IMG/VR virus record: IMGVR_UViG_3300028585_000028
Span: 1-50,495 of that record
Reading direction: 5' to 3' (one strand)
Source of the DNA: a virus
Lineage: Duplodnaviria > Caudoviricetes
DNA: 50,495 bases
Below the pieces are notes generated by a model. The model ran no database searches, was not told the DNA's origin, and worked only from the letters and a program-made list of their open reading frames with translations. Both the position numbers and the translations under genes were made by a program. Below are positions 7,662 to 16,283 of the stretch, in pieces; position 1 is the first letter of the stretch, and each line of letters starts with the position of its first letter.

Positions 7662-7830
7662 GTGGTAGGGTTTACCTGTGAGTGGAAGTCACCGAACGCG
7701 GTAATTGTCTGGTATCCAACTACCTAGTCAACTGTGTGTACTGCACCGCCTCGGAATCCAAGTGTCGGGAGAGGTCTGATACATGCTTCGTTTGACCGCA
7801 CTGCTCACACCCACTTCGTAAGGAGGCAAC

Positions 7831-8088
7831 ATGTTCGTCAAGTTCTGGATTCGGGTCGTCTGCTACTACTTCGTCTCCACTGCGTTCATCGCGTTCGCAT
7901 TCTGGAGGCTCGCGGACGGTCGAGTTCAAGATTCTTCCGTGCTCACCCTCATGTACCTCTTCGGTCTCATTGGGCCGTTCTGGCTGTTCGGCTATGCTAC
8001 TGCCGCTGTGGTAGGGTACTTCAGTATCAGATCACGAGTGAAGGAAAGGGTTCGGAATCATGGCCGCTCTCAAAACGATCGTCTCTAG
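7831..8088 (+). CDS. membrane protein (2 TM)
   Basis: AAGGAGG RBS; hydrophobic sequence. Confidence 0.75.
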   Translation: MFVKFWIRVVCYYFVSTAFIAFAFWRLADGRVQDSSVLTLMYLFGLIGPFWLFGYATAAVVGYFSIRSRVKERVRNHGRSQNDRL

Positions 8089-8269
8089 CCCCCGAGGGAC
8101 CGTGGCCGTGTTCGCCGGCCGACTCTCCCGCGAGCAGGCATCCAGCGCCGCACGTAAGGTCCTGGAGACGCGAATCGAGAAGGCTCAGGCCGACCTCGAC
8201 CAGCACAAGGAGTGGGAAGTCGCGGCCTACCGCGGCAGCACCCGTGCCAAGACGGCAGACGAGCTGTAA
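8060..8269 (+). CDS. hypothetical protein
   Basis: 69-aa ORF with RBS. Confidence 0.65.
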   Translation: MAALKTIVSSPRGTVAVFAGRLSREQASSAARKVLETRIEKAQADLDQHKEWEVAAYRGSTRAKTADEL

Positions 8270-8271
8270 CA

Positions 8272-8520
8272 GTGGCTCACACTGAGTTTCACCACCCCGG
8301 CCACCGAGATGATGACGACAACCGTCATTTTCCTCCGGTAAAAGTCGGGGAAGCAAAAACTTTTGCAAAAGTGCTCATCAGAGTTGACGGGCCTCACGCA
8401 AATACTGCTAGGATCGTAAACGCAACGATGATCCTGGAGCTTGGACTTGACGAACTGAACGAGTACATCGAAGGCTTGTCAGCAGCGAGGGACTTCCTCG
8501 AAGAAAACGACTTGCAGTAG
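8272..8520 (+). CDS. hypothetical protein (start uncertain)
   Basis: ORF filling the gap; atypical codon usage. Confidence 0.4.
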   Translation: MAHTEFHHPGHRDDDDNRHFPPVKVGEAKTFAKVLIRVDGPHANTARIVNATMILELGLDELNEYIEGLSAARDFLEENDLQ

Positions 8521-8551
8521 CAAGTTCGACACCACAAAAAAGGAGAACACC

Positions 8552-8890
8552 ATGGCAAAGATCGACGAGACCACCGAGACCACCACGACCGACGAGACCG
8601 TCGCCGCCGTCGAGGTCGAGACCAAGACCCCGCAGGAGAAGCTCGACGCCGCCCTCGCCAAGCTCAACAGCTCGACGCCGGCCAGCGAGAAGACCCCGCA
8701 GGAGCAGTACCGCGAGTCCGAGGTCGTCCGCGTCCGCGAGGTCGGCAAGACGCTCTTCGGCCAGCTCGGCCTGCAGATCACCGACGAGAACACGGAGCTG
8801 GCCGCGAAGGCCGCTGCCTCGCTCGGCCGCGCCGTCGACAGCGCCGTGAAGGCCGTCCGCGCCATCAAGGACGAGGACATCGCGGTCTGA
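8552..8890 (+). CDS. hypothetical acidic/helical protein
   Basis: Strong RBS AAGGAG; very high GC3. Confidence 0.85.
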   Translation: MAKIDETTETTTTDETVAAVEVETKTPQEKLDAALAKLNSSTPASEKTPQEQYRESEVVRVREVGKTLFGQLGLQITDENTELAAKAAASLGRAVDSAVKAVRAIKDEDIAV

Positions 8891-8907
8891 TCTGATCGCA
8901 TCACCTC

Positions 8908-8940
8908 GGGGAGGGGAGGGCTTCGGCTCTCCCCTCCTTC
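8908..8940 (+). terminator. intrinsic terminator
   Basis: GGGGAGGGGAGGGC-TTCG-GCTCTCCCCTCCT hairpin. Confidence 0.7.
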
Positions 8941-8977
8941 GTCAGACCTACCCCTACCACGCTAGAAGGGCAACACC

Positions 8978-9241
8978 ATGGCGCAGCAAGACGACCCGGT
9001 CAACCACCCGAGTCACTACACGCAGTTCGACGCCGAGGTCATCGACATCACGCGGCACTTGTCGTTCGACCGGGGCAACGCAATCAAGTACATCGCGCGG
9101 GCGGGTGCGAAAGACCCGTCGAAGGAGTTGGAGGATCTGGAGAAGGCCCTCTGGTATCTGCAGGACGAGATCGAGCTGGTCAAGAAGCGACAGCACGTTC
9201 CCGCGATGGTAGACCGGCTCCTGGAAGGACTGGAGGGCTAG
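8978..9241 (+). CDS. DUF3310-family protein (T7 gp1.7 nucleotide-kinase-like)
   Basis: DPVNHPSHY...GNAIKYIARAGAKD...EDLEKALWYL. Confidence 0.85.
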   Translation: MAQQDDPVNHPSHYTQFDAEVIDITRHLSFDRGNAIKYIARAGAKDPSKELEDLEKALWYLQDEIELVKKRQHVPAMVDRLLEGLEG

Positions 9242-9651
9242 TGGGCCACGTTGAGCTGCCGATCGAAGAGGCGTTTCACATCACCCTCGTGCACTTCCCG
9301 CGAGCCCTGACGGGTGACGAGGGCGCCATCGTCCTGCGGGGCATGGAGCACGTCGGAAAGCGCGGCATCGACCTGGAGCTGCGATGGCTCACTGAGGAGA
9401 TGTTCGGCCGCTACAAGAAGGTGAAGGCCCGCACGGTCGAAGACTACTACGACACGCTCCACAAGATGCGTGCCGACCTCGTGTCCGGCCTGAAGCACTT
9501 CGGCATCCCGATCTCAGAGGACTACGGGGAGTGGGTGCCGCACATCACGAACCCCCCGCACGACGCGATCCCGTGGCAGCGGATCATCCACCACCCGAAG
9601 CTCGTGCTCGTGCAGAAGCCGCAAGGTCGGTTCGAGGTGCCATTCCGCTGA
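9241..9651 (+). CDS. 2H phosphoesterase (LigT/Acb1-like)
   Basis: Two HxT motifs, FHITL and WVPHIT, about 85 aa apart. Confidence 0.65.
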   Translation: MGHVELPIEEAFHITLVHFPRALTGDEGAIVLRGMEHVGKRGIDLELRWLTEEMFGRYKKVKARTVEDYYDTLHKMRADLVSGLKHFGIPISEDYGEWVPHITNPPHDAIPWQRIIHHPKLVLVQKPQGRFEVPFR

Positions 9652-9713
9652 CCCTCTGTGCTAGTCTGAGCGCGCGACCAGCCATGGTAGCTCCTGCGGT
9701 GTGGTAACGGCAG

Positions 9714-9747
9714 GCGGGGCCGACCTTTCGGGGGTCGGCCCCGTTTC
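9714..9747 (+). terminator. intrinsic terminator
   Basis: GCGGGGCCGACC..GGTCGGCCCCGT stem plus TT. Confidence 0.75.
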
Positions 9748-9763
9748 CATGTAACATGTGACC

Positions 9764-10309
9764 ATGACGACCGCCACACTCGCCCAGGCCGAGGAGAACA
9801 CCCTCGTAGGGATCATCAAGGGCCTGCAGCTACGCGGCAAGTCGTACCTCGACATCGAGCGCACCACCGGCATCCCAGCCGTCCGAGCGCAGGCGCTCAT
9901 GACGCAGTACTGGGCCTCGAAGTCGGCGAACATGGACCCGAACGAGAGCCGGATGCTCCAGATGGAGCGTCTGGAGGTGCTCATCGAGCCCCTCATGGAC
10001 ATGGCTCTCCTCGGTAACGTGAAGAGCGCCGAAGTGCTGATCAAAAGCCTCGACTCGATCAACACCCTGCTCGGTCTGAATCTGCAGCAGACGAAGATCG
10101 AGATCAAGGTCATCACCGACGAGCAGTCCGAAGTCATCTTTCGGGCGATCCGCGCCGTCGGCCAGGCCCTGCTCGGATTCGTCGCGAGCGAGCTGGGCGA
10201 GGACACGAAAGCGTACGCGAAGATAGAAGACGGCTGGGATGCCGCGATCGCTTCAGCGTTCAACGACGCCTCGGAGAACATCATCGACGCCGAGGTGGTG
10301 TCCGAGTGA
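9764..10309 (+). CDS. terminase small subunit
   Basis: N-terminal HTH (GKSYLDIERTTGI), helical body, directly upstream of TerL; TAACAT-N6-ATG. Confidence 0.7.
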   Translation: MTTATLAQAEENTLVGIIKGLQLRGKSYLDIERTTGIPAVRAQALMTQYWASKSANMDPNESRMLQMERLEVLIEPLMDMALLGNVKSAEVLIKSLDSINTLLGLNLQQTKIEIKVITDEQSEVIFRAIRAVGQALLGFVASELGEDTKAYAKIEDGWDAAIASAFNDASENIIDAEVVSE

Positions 10310-12012
10310 GCGAGTTCGACTTCGCAGCAGCACAGAGTGACGCGGAGAAGATCTCGGGCGGTTTCGCTGACGCGTGGCGCATGGCTGGCCGGAAGCTGGA
10401 GCAGGCAGCTCGACAGAAGGTCTACTTCGACAACCCCGCGATCTGGGCCGACGAGGTGCTGCGAAAGAAGGGTGCCGATCAGGGCATCTTCTTGTGGTCG
10501 AAACAGAAAGAGATCGCGCAGTCTCTCGTCGACAACTCGTACACGGCCGTGAAGAGCTGCCACGGTGCGGGCAAGTCGATGTCGGCTGCCGTGTTCGTTT
10601 GCTGGTTTGTGACGACGCGCTTGGCCGAGTTCGGCAACCCGAACGACGTCTTCGTCATCACCACGGCCCCCACGTACTCGCAGGTGCACCTCGTGCTCTG
10701 GGAGGAGATCAGGAAGTTCCACGCGCTCGGCAAGCTGCCCGGCTACATCACGTCGCAGGACGAGTGGAAGATCAACCACGACGGCCGCATCATCGACCTC
10801 GCGGTGGGCCGCAAGCCTGCCGACACGGACGCGAACGGCTTCCAGGGTAAGCACGCGTTCAACCTCATGATCGTGCTCGATGAGGCCAACGGCATCCCCG
10901 AGACGCTGTTCACTGGCGCCATGTCGATGCTGACCGGTGACATGAGTCGGCAGAAGATGCTCGCCATCGGGAACCCTGACGACCCGAACTCGCTGTTCGG
11001 CCAGCAGGATTTCAAGGACAGGCGCGCTGCCGCGGATGCTCGTGTGAAAGCCAACGGCGAAGAGGGCCTCACCGATCACGAGCGCAACGAGCTGATCCGC
11101 AAGGCTCAGACGTGGAACTGGGTGCAGATCAAGGCATGGGACACCCCCAACTTCACCGACGAGCGATTCACGACCCCAGACGTCGTCCTGAAGTCTGTGC
11201 TGGCAAAAGAATGGGTCGATCGGGCTCGCGCCCAGTGGGCCGAGGATGACCCTCGTTGGATCTCGAAGATCGAGGCCGAGTTCCCGTCCGAGTCCAGCGA
11301 CTCCTTCTTCAACCGGAACCTCATCGAGCAGGCGAAGGCGAACGCGCCCGACCCCATGTGGGAGCAGGAAGTCAACTTCCTCGGTGTCGACCTCTCTCGC
11401 TACGGTAAGGACCGCAGCGTCATGGCGCACAACCTCAACGGCGTAGTCACGATTGCCGACGAGTGGTCGAAGTCGGACGCTGTCGCGTCGGCGCGCCGTA
11501 TCCACGAGAAGGCGCTGGAGCTGCACGTTACGCAGGTCCGTGTCGATGAGGGAAACATCGGTGGTGCTGTCATCGACTTCCTGCGCACGATGATGGGCTA
11601 CAACTACCGCGTCGTCGTGATGAACTCCTCGCACTCGTCGCCGGACCTCATGCGCTGGCGCAACGCGCGAGCGTTCTGGTACGACAACCTGAAGGAGTCG
11701 ATGATGCTGAACCGCATCCAGATTCCGACCAAGAAGGAACTCGAAGACGAGCTTTCGGCCATCCGCTACAAGATTCACAAGAGCGGCTCGCTCCTCATGG
11801 AGGACAAGGATGAGATCGCCAAGCGGCTCAATGGCAAGTCCACTGACTTCGCGGATGCCGTGGTGTACGCATCGGTGGACCTGTCGATCTACATCGAAAA
11901 CCCCTTCGACGACGAGCAGCCCCCGAGGGCTGGCGAGACTCGAGTCCTGGAGTTCGGCGAGGAGATGATGCTCCAGCACCTCGTGCACGGCTTCAGCGTG
12001 TCTCCGGTGTGA
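10306..12012 (+). CDS. terL: terminase large subunit
   Basis: Walker A SCHGAGKS, Walker B IVLDEA, IGNP motif, nuclease GVDLSRYGKD and STDFADA. Confidence 0.95.
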   Translation: MSEFDFAAAQSDAEKISGGFADAWRMAGRKLEQAARQKVYFDNPAIWADEVLRKKGADQGIFLWSKQKEIAQSLVDNSYTAVKSCHGAGKSMSAAVFVCWFVTTRLAEFGNPNDVFVITTAPTYSQVHLVLWEEIRKFHALGKLPGYITSQDEWKINHDGRIIDLAVGRKPADTDANGFQGKHAFNLMIVLDEANGIPETLFTGAMSMLTGDMSRQKMLAIGNPDDPNSLFGQQDFKDRRAAADARVKANGEEGLTDHERNELIRKAQTWNWVQIKAWDTPNFTDERFTTPDVVLKSVLAKEWVDRARAQWAEDDPRWISKIEAEFPSESSDSFFNRNLIEQAKANAPDPMWEQEVNFLGVDLSRYGKDRSVMAHNLNGVVTIADEWSKSDAVASARRIHEKALELHVTQVRVDEGNIGGAVIDFLRTMMGYNYRVVVMNSSHSSPDLMRWRNARAFWYDNLKESMMLNRIQIPTKKELEDELSAIRYKIHKSGSLLMEDKDEIAKRLNGKSTDFADAVVYASVDLSIYIENPFDDEQPPRAGETRVLEFGEEMMLQHLVHGFSVSPV

Positions 12013-12024
12013 TAGCCTGATCAC

Positions 12025-12126
12025 GTGGATGAGCTTGCGCTGGGTTCACGGAGGAGCGGCGTAAGCGGCTCGGATGCAGGTCATAGGTAATGGAACCCCC
12101 GGGACGGTAAGCCCGGGGGTTCTTCC
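12025..12126 (+). ncRNA. candidate structured sRNA (or 21-aa leaderless micropeptide) with its own promoter and terminator
   Basis: TGaTAGCCT extended -10 at 12010-12018; two hairpins, one GNRA-capped; terminator at 12093-12126. Confidence 0.4.
12093..12126 (+). terminator. intrinsic terminator
   Basis: GAACCCCCGGG..CCCGGGGGTTC stem plus TTC. Confidence 0.75.
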
Positions 12127-12146
12127 TGTCCTGGTAGGGTGTCCTC

Positions 12147-13697
12147 ATGCCTGCATGGAGCAACTTCAGAGAGTCCCTCGGCTTCGGCCCGAGTAAGGGC
12201 GTGGTGGCCGAGCGCGCCATCTCCGAGAGCGGTGTCGCCATGGAGCGCGCTCAGCAGTACGGCCGCGACGCCATGATGGCTGCGCTGTCGATCGCGATCG
12301 AGGACCGCGGGTGGATCAACACCGACCAGTGGAGCCGCGACGGGTCCACGGCTCACCTGACCTTCGAGGCCATCCAGAAGGCCGCAGGCGCCGGCCGAGC
12401 CCTCGTGCAGGCCAACCCGATCATGCAGCGCGCTAGCCACGCCGTCGTCGACTACATCTTCGGCGACGGCATCCGCATCACGGGTGGCGGTCGCCTCATC
12501 ACCAAGCCCCAGAACCGGCGTAACGTCTTCGACGTCGAGGCCCTTCAGCGGCTCCACCTCGCGCGCATCACCGACGGCAACATCCTCTTCCTGCTCGGGG
12601 ACGACGGCGTCATCGAGACGATCCCCTTCTACGAGATCAGCGGCGCGGTCTACTCGCGTCGCGACACGTCTATCATCGAGTACTTCCAGCGCACCTGGAC
12701 ACAGATCACGTACGTGGACGGCCAGCCGAAGCCCGTGACGCGCAAGATGCTCTACCGCAACTCCACGCTCGACACCCCACGTGAGAGCGACTGGGAGATC
12801 GACTACGGTCCCGACTTCGACTACGAGTACCCGCTGGTCACCCCCCGCCGCATCGACGATGTCGAGATCTACACCGACGGCGTGATCAAGCATGTCGCCG
12901 CGAACCGCCTGGAGGGAGCCGCGTGGGGCGTCCCTGACCTCCTGGCGGGCATCTTCTACGCGTCCGAGCACAAGGAGCTCGTGGAGGCCGGAGACAGCGT
13001 CTGGCGGGCTCAGTCGCAGTACGCCGTCAACTACAAGGGCAAGACCAAGAAGCAGGTGGAGGACATCGCTGCGAAGGTGGCCGGCCCCGCCCCGCTCGGC
13101 CCCGACGGCAAGCCCCAGCAGTACGGCGGCACGAACGTCATGGGCAGCGACATCGAGATGCAGCTCATGCAGAAGATCGGCGCGGGCATCGACTTCGCCA
13201 ACTTCGACCCGATCGCCGGGCTGGCGACGACCGCGCTGGGCATCCCTCTCGACACTGTGCTGGGCAAGGAGAAGCCCGACACCATGCTGCCCTACACCAC
13301 GAAGCGTCGCATGAAGCTGCAGCAGGAGTTCTGGAAAGAGAGCTTCCGCGACATCTTCGAGTTCTACGGCAAGCGCGCGGCGAAGGTCTACTTCTCGAAG
13401 CTCGACCCGGACCCGACGCACCGGCAGATGCAGACCATCGCGGGCATCGCGGCGCTGGAGATCGCAAGGCGCACTGAGATCCGTCAGCTCGTCATCGACA
13501 CGCTCGGTGCGGACTGGGACCCCGAGGATCTGCCGGACGCTGACGAGTGGGCTTCGCTCCGCAAGGTGGCTCCCGGCAGCACAGAGGTCGGCGGTCCGAT
13601 CACTCCCGGCCAGGGTCAGACAGGCCGGGTCGGCAGGCTGAACGACGGTGACCACGAGCTGCGTGATGAGGGCCTGCAGGATCACACGCGCAACTAG
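12147..13697 (+). CDS. portal protein
   Basis: 516 aa directly after TerL; synteny. Confidence 0.85.
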   Translation: MPAWSNFRESLGFGPSKGVVAERAISESGVAMERAQQYGRDAMMAALSIAIEDRGWINTDQWSRDGSTAHLTFEAIQKAAGAGRALVQANPIMQRASHAVVDYIFGDGIRITGGGRLITKPQNRRNVFDVEALQRLHLARITDGNILFLLGDDGVIETIPFYEISGAVYSRRDTSIIEYFQRTWTQITYVDGQPKPVTRKMLYRNSTLDTPRESDWEIDYGPDFDYEYPLVTPRRIDDVEIYTDGVIKHVAANRLEGAAWGVPDLLAGIFYASEHKELVEAGDSVWRAQSQYAVNYKGKTKKQVEDIAAKVAGPAPLGPDGKPQQYGGTNVMGSDIEMQLMQKIGAGIDFANFDPIAGLATTALGIPLDTVLGKEKPDTMLPYTTKRRMKLQQEFWKESFRDIFEFYGKRAAKVYFSKLDPDPTHRQMQTIAGIAALEIARRTEIRQLVIDTLGADWDPEDLPDADEWASLRKVAPGSTEVGGPITPGQGQTGRVGRLNDGDHELRDEGLQDHTRN

Positions 13698-13745
13698 TTG
13701 CGGCACCTGACACTCTAGGTGCAGATCTTCGTATATGCTTTCCCC

Positions 13746-14714
13746 ATGACCATCAAAGGGATCGCGACCGAGGGTGCCGCTCCGCTCTCGATGGACGCTG
13801 AGCAGCAGGATGCCCGCCCGGGTCTTCTGATCGACTGCACGATCATCGAGGGCGATCGCTGGGGGTCGTCGGGCTACTACCCCGGCTCCGCCCTGGAGAA
13901 GACGCACGGCGTGTTCGTCAAGGGCACGCAGACGTTCCTGGACCACGCCGAGGTCGGCGAAGACAGCGGCGCGAAGCTCCTCGGCCGGCTCGACGCCGAT
14001 GCCCGCTTCGTCACCGAGGATGGCGTGCCGAAGATCAAGGCCCCCATCTACTTCTACGAGACGGGCGTCTACAACGCTGCGTGGGTGAAGGAGCGCATCG
14101 AGGATCTCGGCCTCTCGATCCGCGCCGGTGTCGCCTACGAGAACGGCACGGCCCCCGACGGCCGCAAGGGCAAGATCGTCGAAGGATTCACGAGCGCCAT
14201 CAGTGTCGATGTCGTCACCCGTGCAGGCGCCGGAGGAAAGTTCGGTAGCATCAAGGAGTCGGAGCACGTCGCTCAGACCATCGAAGAAGAAGAAGGAGCG
14301 AACGTGCCTCTCAGCAAGGAAGAGATCGCCGAGATCGCGACCACTGTCGCAGCCGGAGTCGTGGAGGGCCTGAAGCCCGGCTTCTCCGCGCTGGAGACCG
14401 CGGTCAAGGAGTCGGCCAAGGCCCCCAAGGAGAAGCTCGGCGCCGCACAGGTGCACGAGAAGATCGCCGAGGCCAAGCTCGGAAAGGGCGCCAGCGCCCG
14501 CGTCTGGGCCGCGTACGAGTCGGAGACCGAGGACGTCGCTGACGTGCTCGCCACCGAGTCCGCCATCCGCCAGGAGTACCTGCGCGAGAACGAGAAGGTC
14601 GTCGACGGCAAGATCGTCGTCGAGGCCGACAAGCCCAACGGCGACGAGACCGCCGTCGAGAAGGCGCTGCCGGCCGGCTGGGGCGTCACCAAGACCGCCG
14701 AGGAGCAGAGCTAA
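13746..14714 (+). CDS. capsid maturation protease / scaffold fusion
   Basis: GSSGYY, FLDH, GLSI, SVDVVTRAGAGGK protease motifs; helical C-terminus. Confidence 0.85.
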   Translation: MTIKGIATEGAAPLSMDAEQQDARPGLLIDCTIIEGDRWGSSGYYPGSALEKTHGVFVKGTQTFLDHAEVGEDSGAKLLGRLDADARFVTEDGVPKIKAPIYFYETGVYNAAWVKERIEDLGLSIRAGVAYENGTAPDGRKGKIVEGFTSAISVDVVTRAGAGGKFGSIKESEHVAQTIEEEEGANVPLSKEEIAEIATTVAAGVVEGLKPGFSALETAVKESAKAPKEKLGAAQVHEKIAEAKLGKGASARVWAAYESETEDVADVLATESAIRQEYLRENEKVVDGKIVVEADKPNGDETAVEKALPAGWGVTKTAEEQS

Positions 14715-15094
14715 TGGCGAAGAACGAAGTCTACCGGATCGGCCAGTACGTCCCGGCCCCCGTCCCCGCACCCGCGGCGGGGAGCACGGCTCTCGCCGAC
14801 GTCGGTCGACCGCTTCACATCGGTGACCTGAACGTCGTCCAGGTGAGCCCGCGCAACTCCGTCGAGCACGAGTTCGGTGGTCACGCCGGTGAGGCTGCCG
14901 TCGACCTCGGCGGGGCGCACAAGTTCCCCGTCGACATCGTGACGAACCCGCTCTCGTGGGGTCAGCGCATCTTCATCACCGATGCCGGCGTCCTCACGAC
15001 CGTCGTCGGCACCAACACGCTCTTCGGGCATGCCCTGGAGTACAACGTCCCCACCGGCAACGGCACCCTCGTCGTCGTCAAGATCAAGAACTAG
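14714..15094 (+). CDS. capsid decoration/cement protein (DUF2190-like)
   Basis: MAKN start, FGHAL..VVKI C-terminus; position before the major capsid gene. Confidence 0.7.
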   Translation: MAKNEVYRIGQYVPAPVPAPAAGSTALADVGRPLHIGDLNVVQVSPRNSVEHEFGGHAGEAAVDLGGAHKFPVDIVTNPLSWGQRIFITDAGVLTTVVGTNTLFGHALEYNVPTGNGTLVVVKIKN

Positions 15095-15106
15095 GAGGGC
15101 TACACA

Positions 15107-16213
15107 ATGGCTCCCATCGTCCAGCTCCCCGAATACAAGGGGCACTACGACGTCGCCGAGACGGCCCTCGTCATCGACGAGGTCAAGAACGGCAGCCGTC
15201 GTGCGGCCGGCCTCTTCCAGGAGGCCATGCTCCACACGGACATGCCCCTGGCGTTCAACCAGCTCACGAACGCTGCCCTGGTCCAGCAGTACCCGCAGGC
15301 GGAGCCCCAGCACGGTGCGTTCACGCGCCCCACCACGCTGAAGGACTTCACCAAGCAGTCCTACCTGGAGGTCTGGCCCACGCTCGACCCCCTGCCCGCG
15401 ACCGAGGGTGGCAAGCCCCGCATCCCCGGCAAGGCGCCGCTGATCGCTCCGAACACCGAGTACCCGACGGCTTCGCTCGACGAGTCGAACGTCGAGTTCA
15501 AGCTCGACAAGTACGGTCTGCGGATGCCGCTGACGATGGAGATGATCGTCAACGACCAGCTCGGCATCCTGGCGAACTACCCCGAGGCCCTCGCCGTGTT
15601 CCTGCGGCAGGTCGAGGACTACGTCGTCGCCGAGACGCTCATCAAGGACGACCGCACGGGCGTCCGCGACGACATCGCTCGCGTCACCGGCAACCCGGTG
15701 CTGGGCCTCGACTCGCTGAACGACGCCATCGTGCAGTTCGGCAACATCAAGGTCCGAGGCAACCGACCGAACATCTCCCAGGCAGCCCTCATGGTGCCGC
15801 GGAGCCTGGAGCGCAAGGCCAAGGCCATCACCTCGGTCCAGCTCTGGGACGACACGGTGTCGGAGCCCGGCAAGACGCTGAAGAACGTCGCCAACCCCTC
15901 CTTCGGCATGAACGTCGTCGTCTTCGACGTGCTCGAAGACGTCAACCTGAACGCCAAGGCCGCGCAGACGTGGTTCCTCGTCGCTAACGCCGCGCAGCTC
16001 GTCGGCCGTCCGTCGCTGGTCGCTGCCACCCTCCGAGGCTACGAGCGTCCGCAGACGTTTATCTCCTCGCCGAACGCGCTGACGGCCCTCGGGTCGCCCG
16101 CCAACTGGAAGGACGGGTCGTTCCTCAACGACTCGATCGAGTTCAAGGTGCGCCACTTCTTCGGTGCCGCGCTCGTGTTCAAGGAGGGCGTGCTGGCCTC
16201 CCAGCCGGCCTAG
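15107..16213 (+). CDS. major capsid protein
   Basis: 368 aa; KYG..LTMEMIVNDQLG and DSIEFKVRHFFG patterns of HK97-fold capsid proteins; strong RBS. Confidence 0.9.
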   Translation: MAPIVQLPEYKGHYDVAETALVIDEVKNGSRRAAGLFQEAMLHTDMPLAFNQLTNAALVQQYPQAEPQHGAFTRPTTLKDFTKQSYLEVWPTLDPLPATEGGKPRIPGKAPLIAPNTEYPTASLDESNVEFKLDKYGLRMPLTMEMIVNDQLGILANYPEALAVFLRQVEDYVVAETLIKDDRTGVRDDIARVTGNPVLGLDSLNDAIVQFGNIKVRGNRPNISQAALMVPRSLERKAKAITSVQLWDDTVSEPGKTLKNVANPSFGMNVVVFDVLEDVNLNAKAAQTWFLVANAAQLVGRPSLVAATLRGYERPQTFISSPNALTALGSPANWKDGSFLNDSIEFKVRHFFGAALVFKEGVLASQPA

Positions 16214-16227
16214 CCCGACACGGATCG

Positions 16228-16262
16228 CCCCCCGCCAGCCTCTGTGCTGCCGGGGGGCTTTT
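16228..16262 (+). terminator. intrinsic terminator after the capsid gene
   Basis: GCCCCCC..GGGGGGC stem plus TTTT. Confidence 0.8.
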
Positions 16263-16283
16263 CCGTGCGCTACGATGGGTCCT

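Noticed and set aside
7678-7704. Leaderless 8-codon ORF (GTG) 6 nt after TAGGGT
   Set aside because: Too short to distinguish from chance; the promoter more likely serves the 7831 gene
16164-16283. N-terminal extension of the tailspike ORF given in the ORF track
   Set aside because: Overlaps the capsid gene end and its terminator; ATG 16284 fits the leaderless promoter pattern
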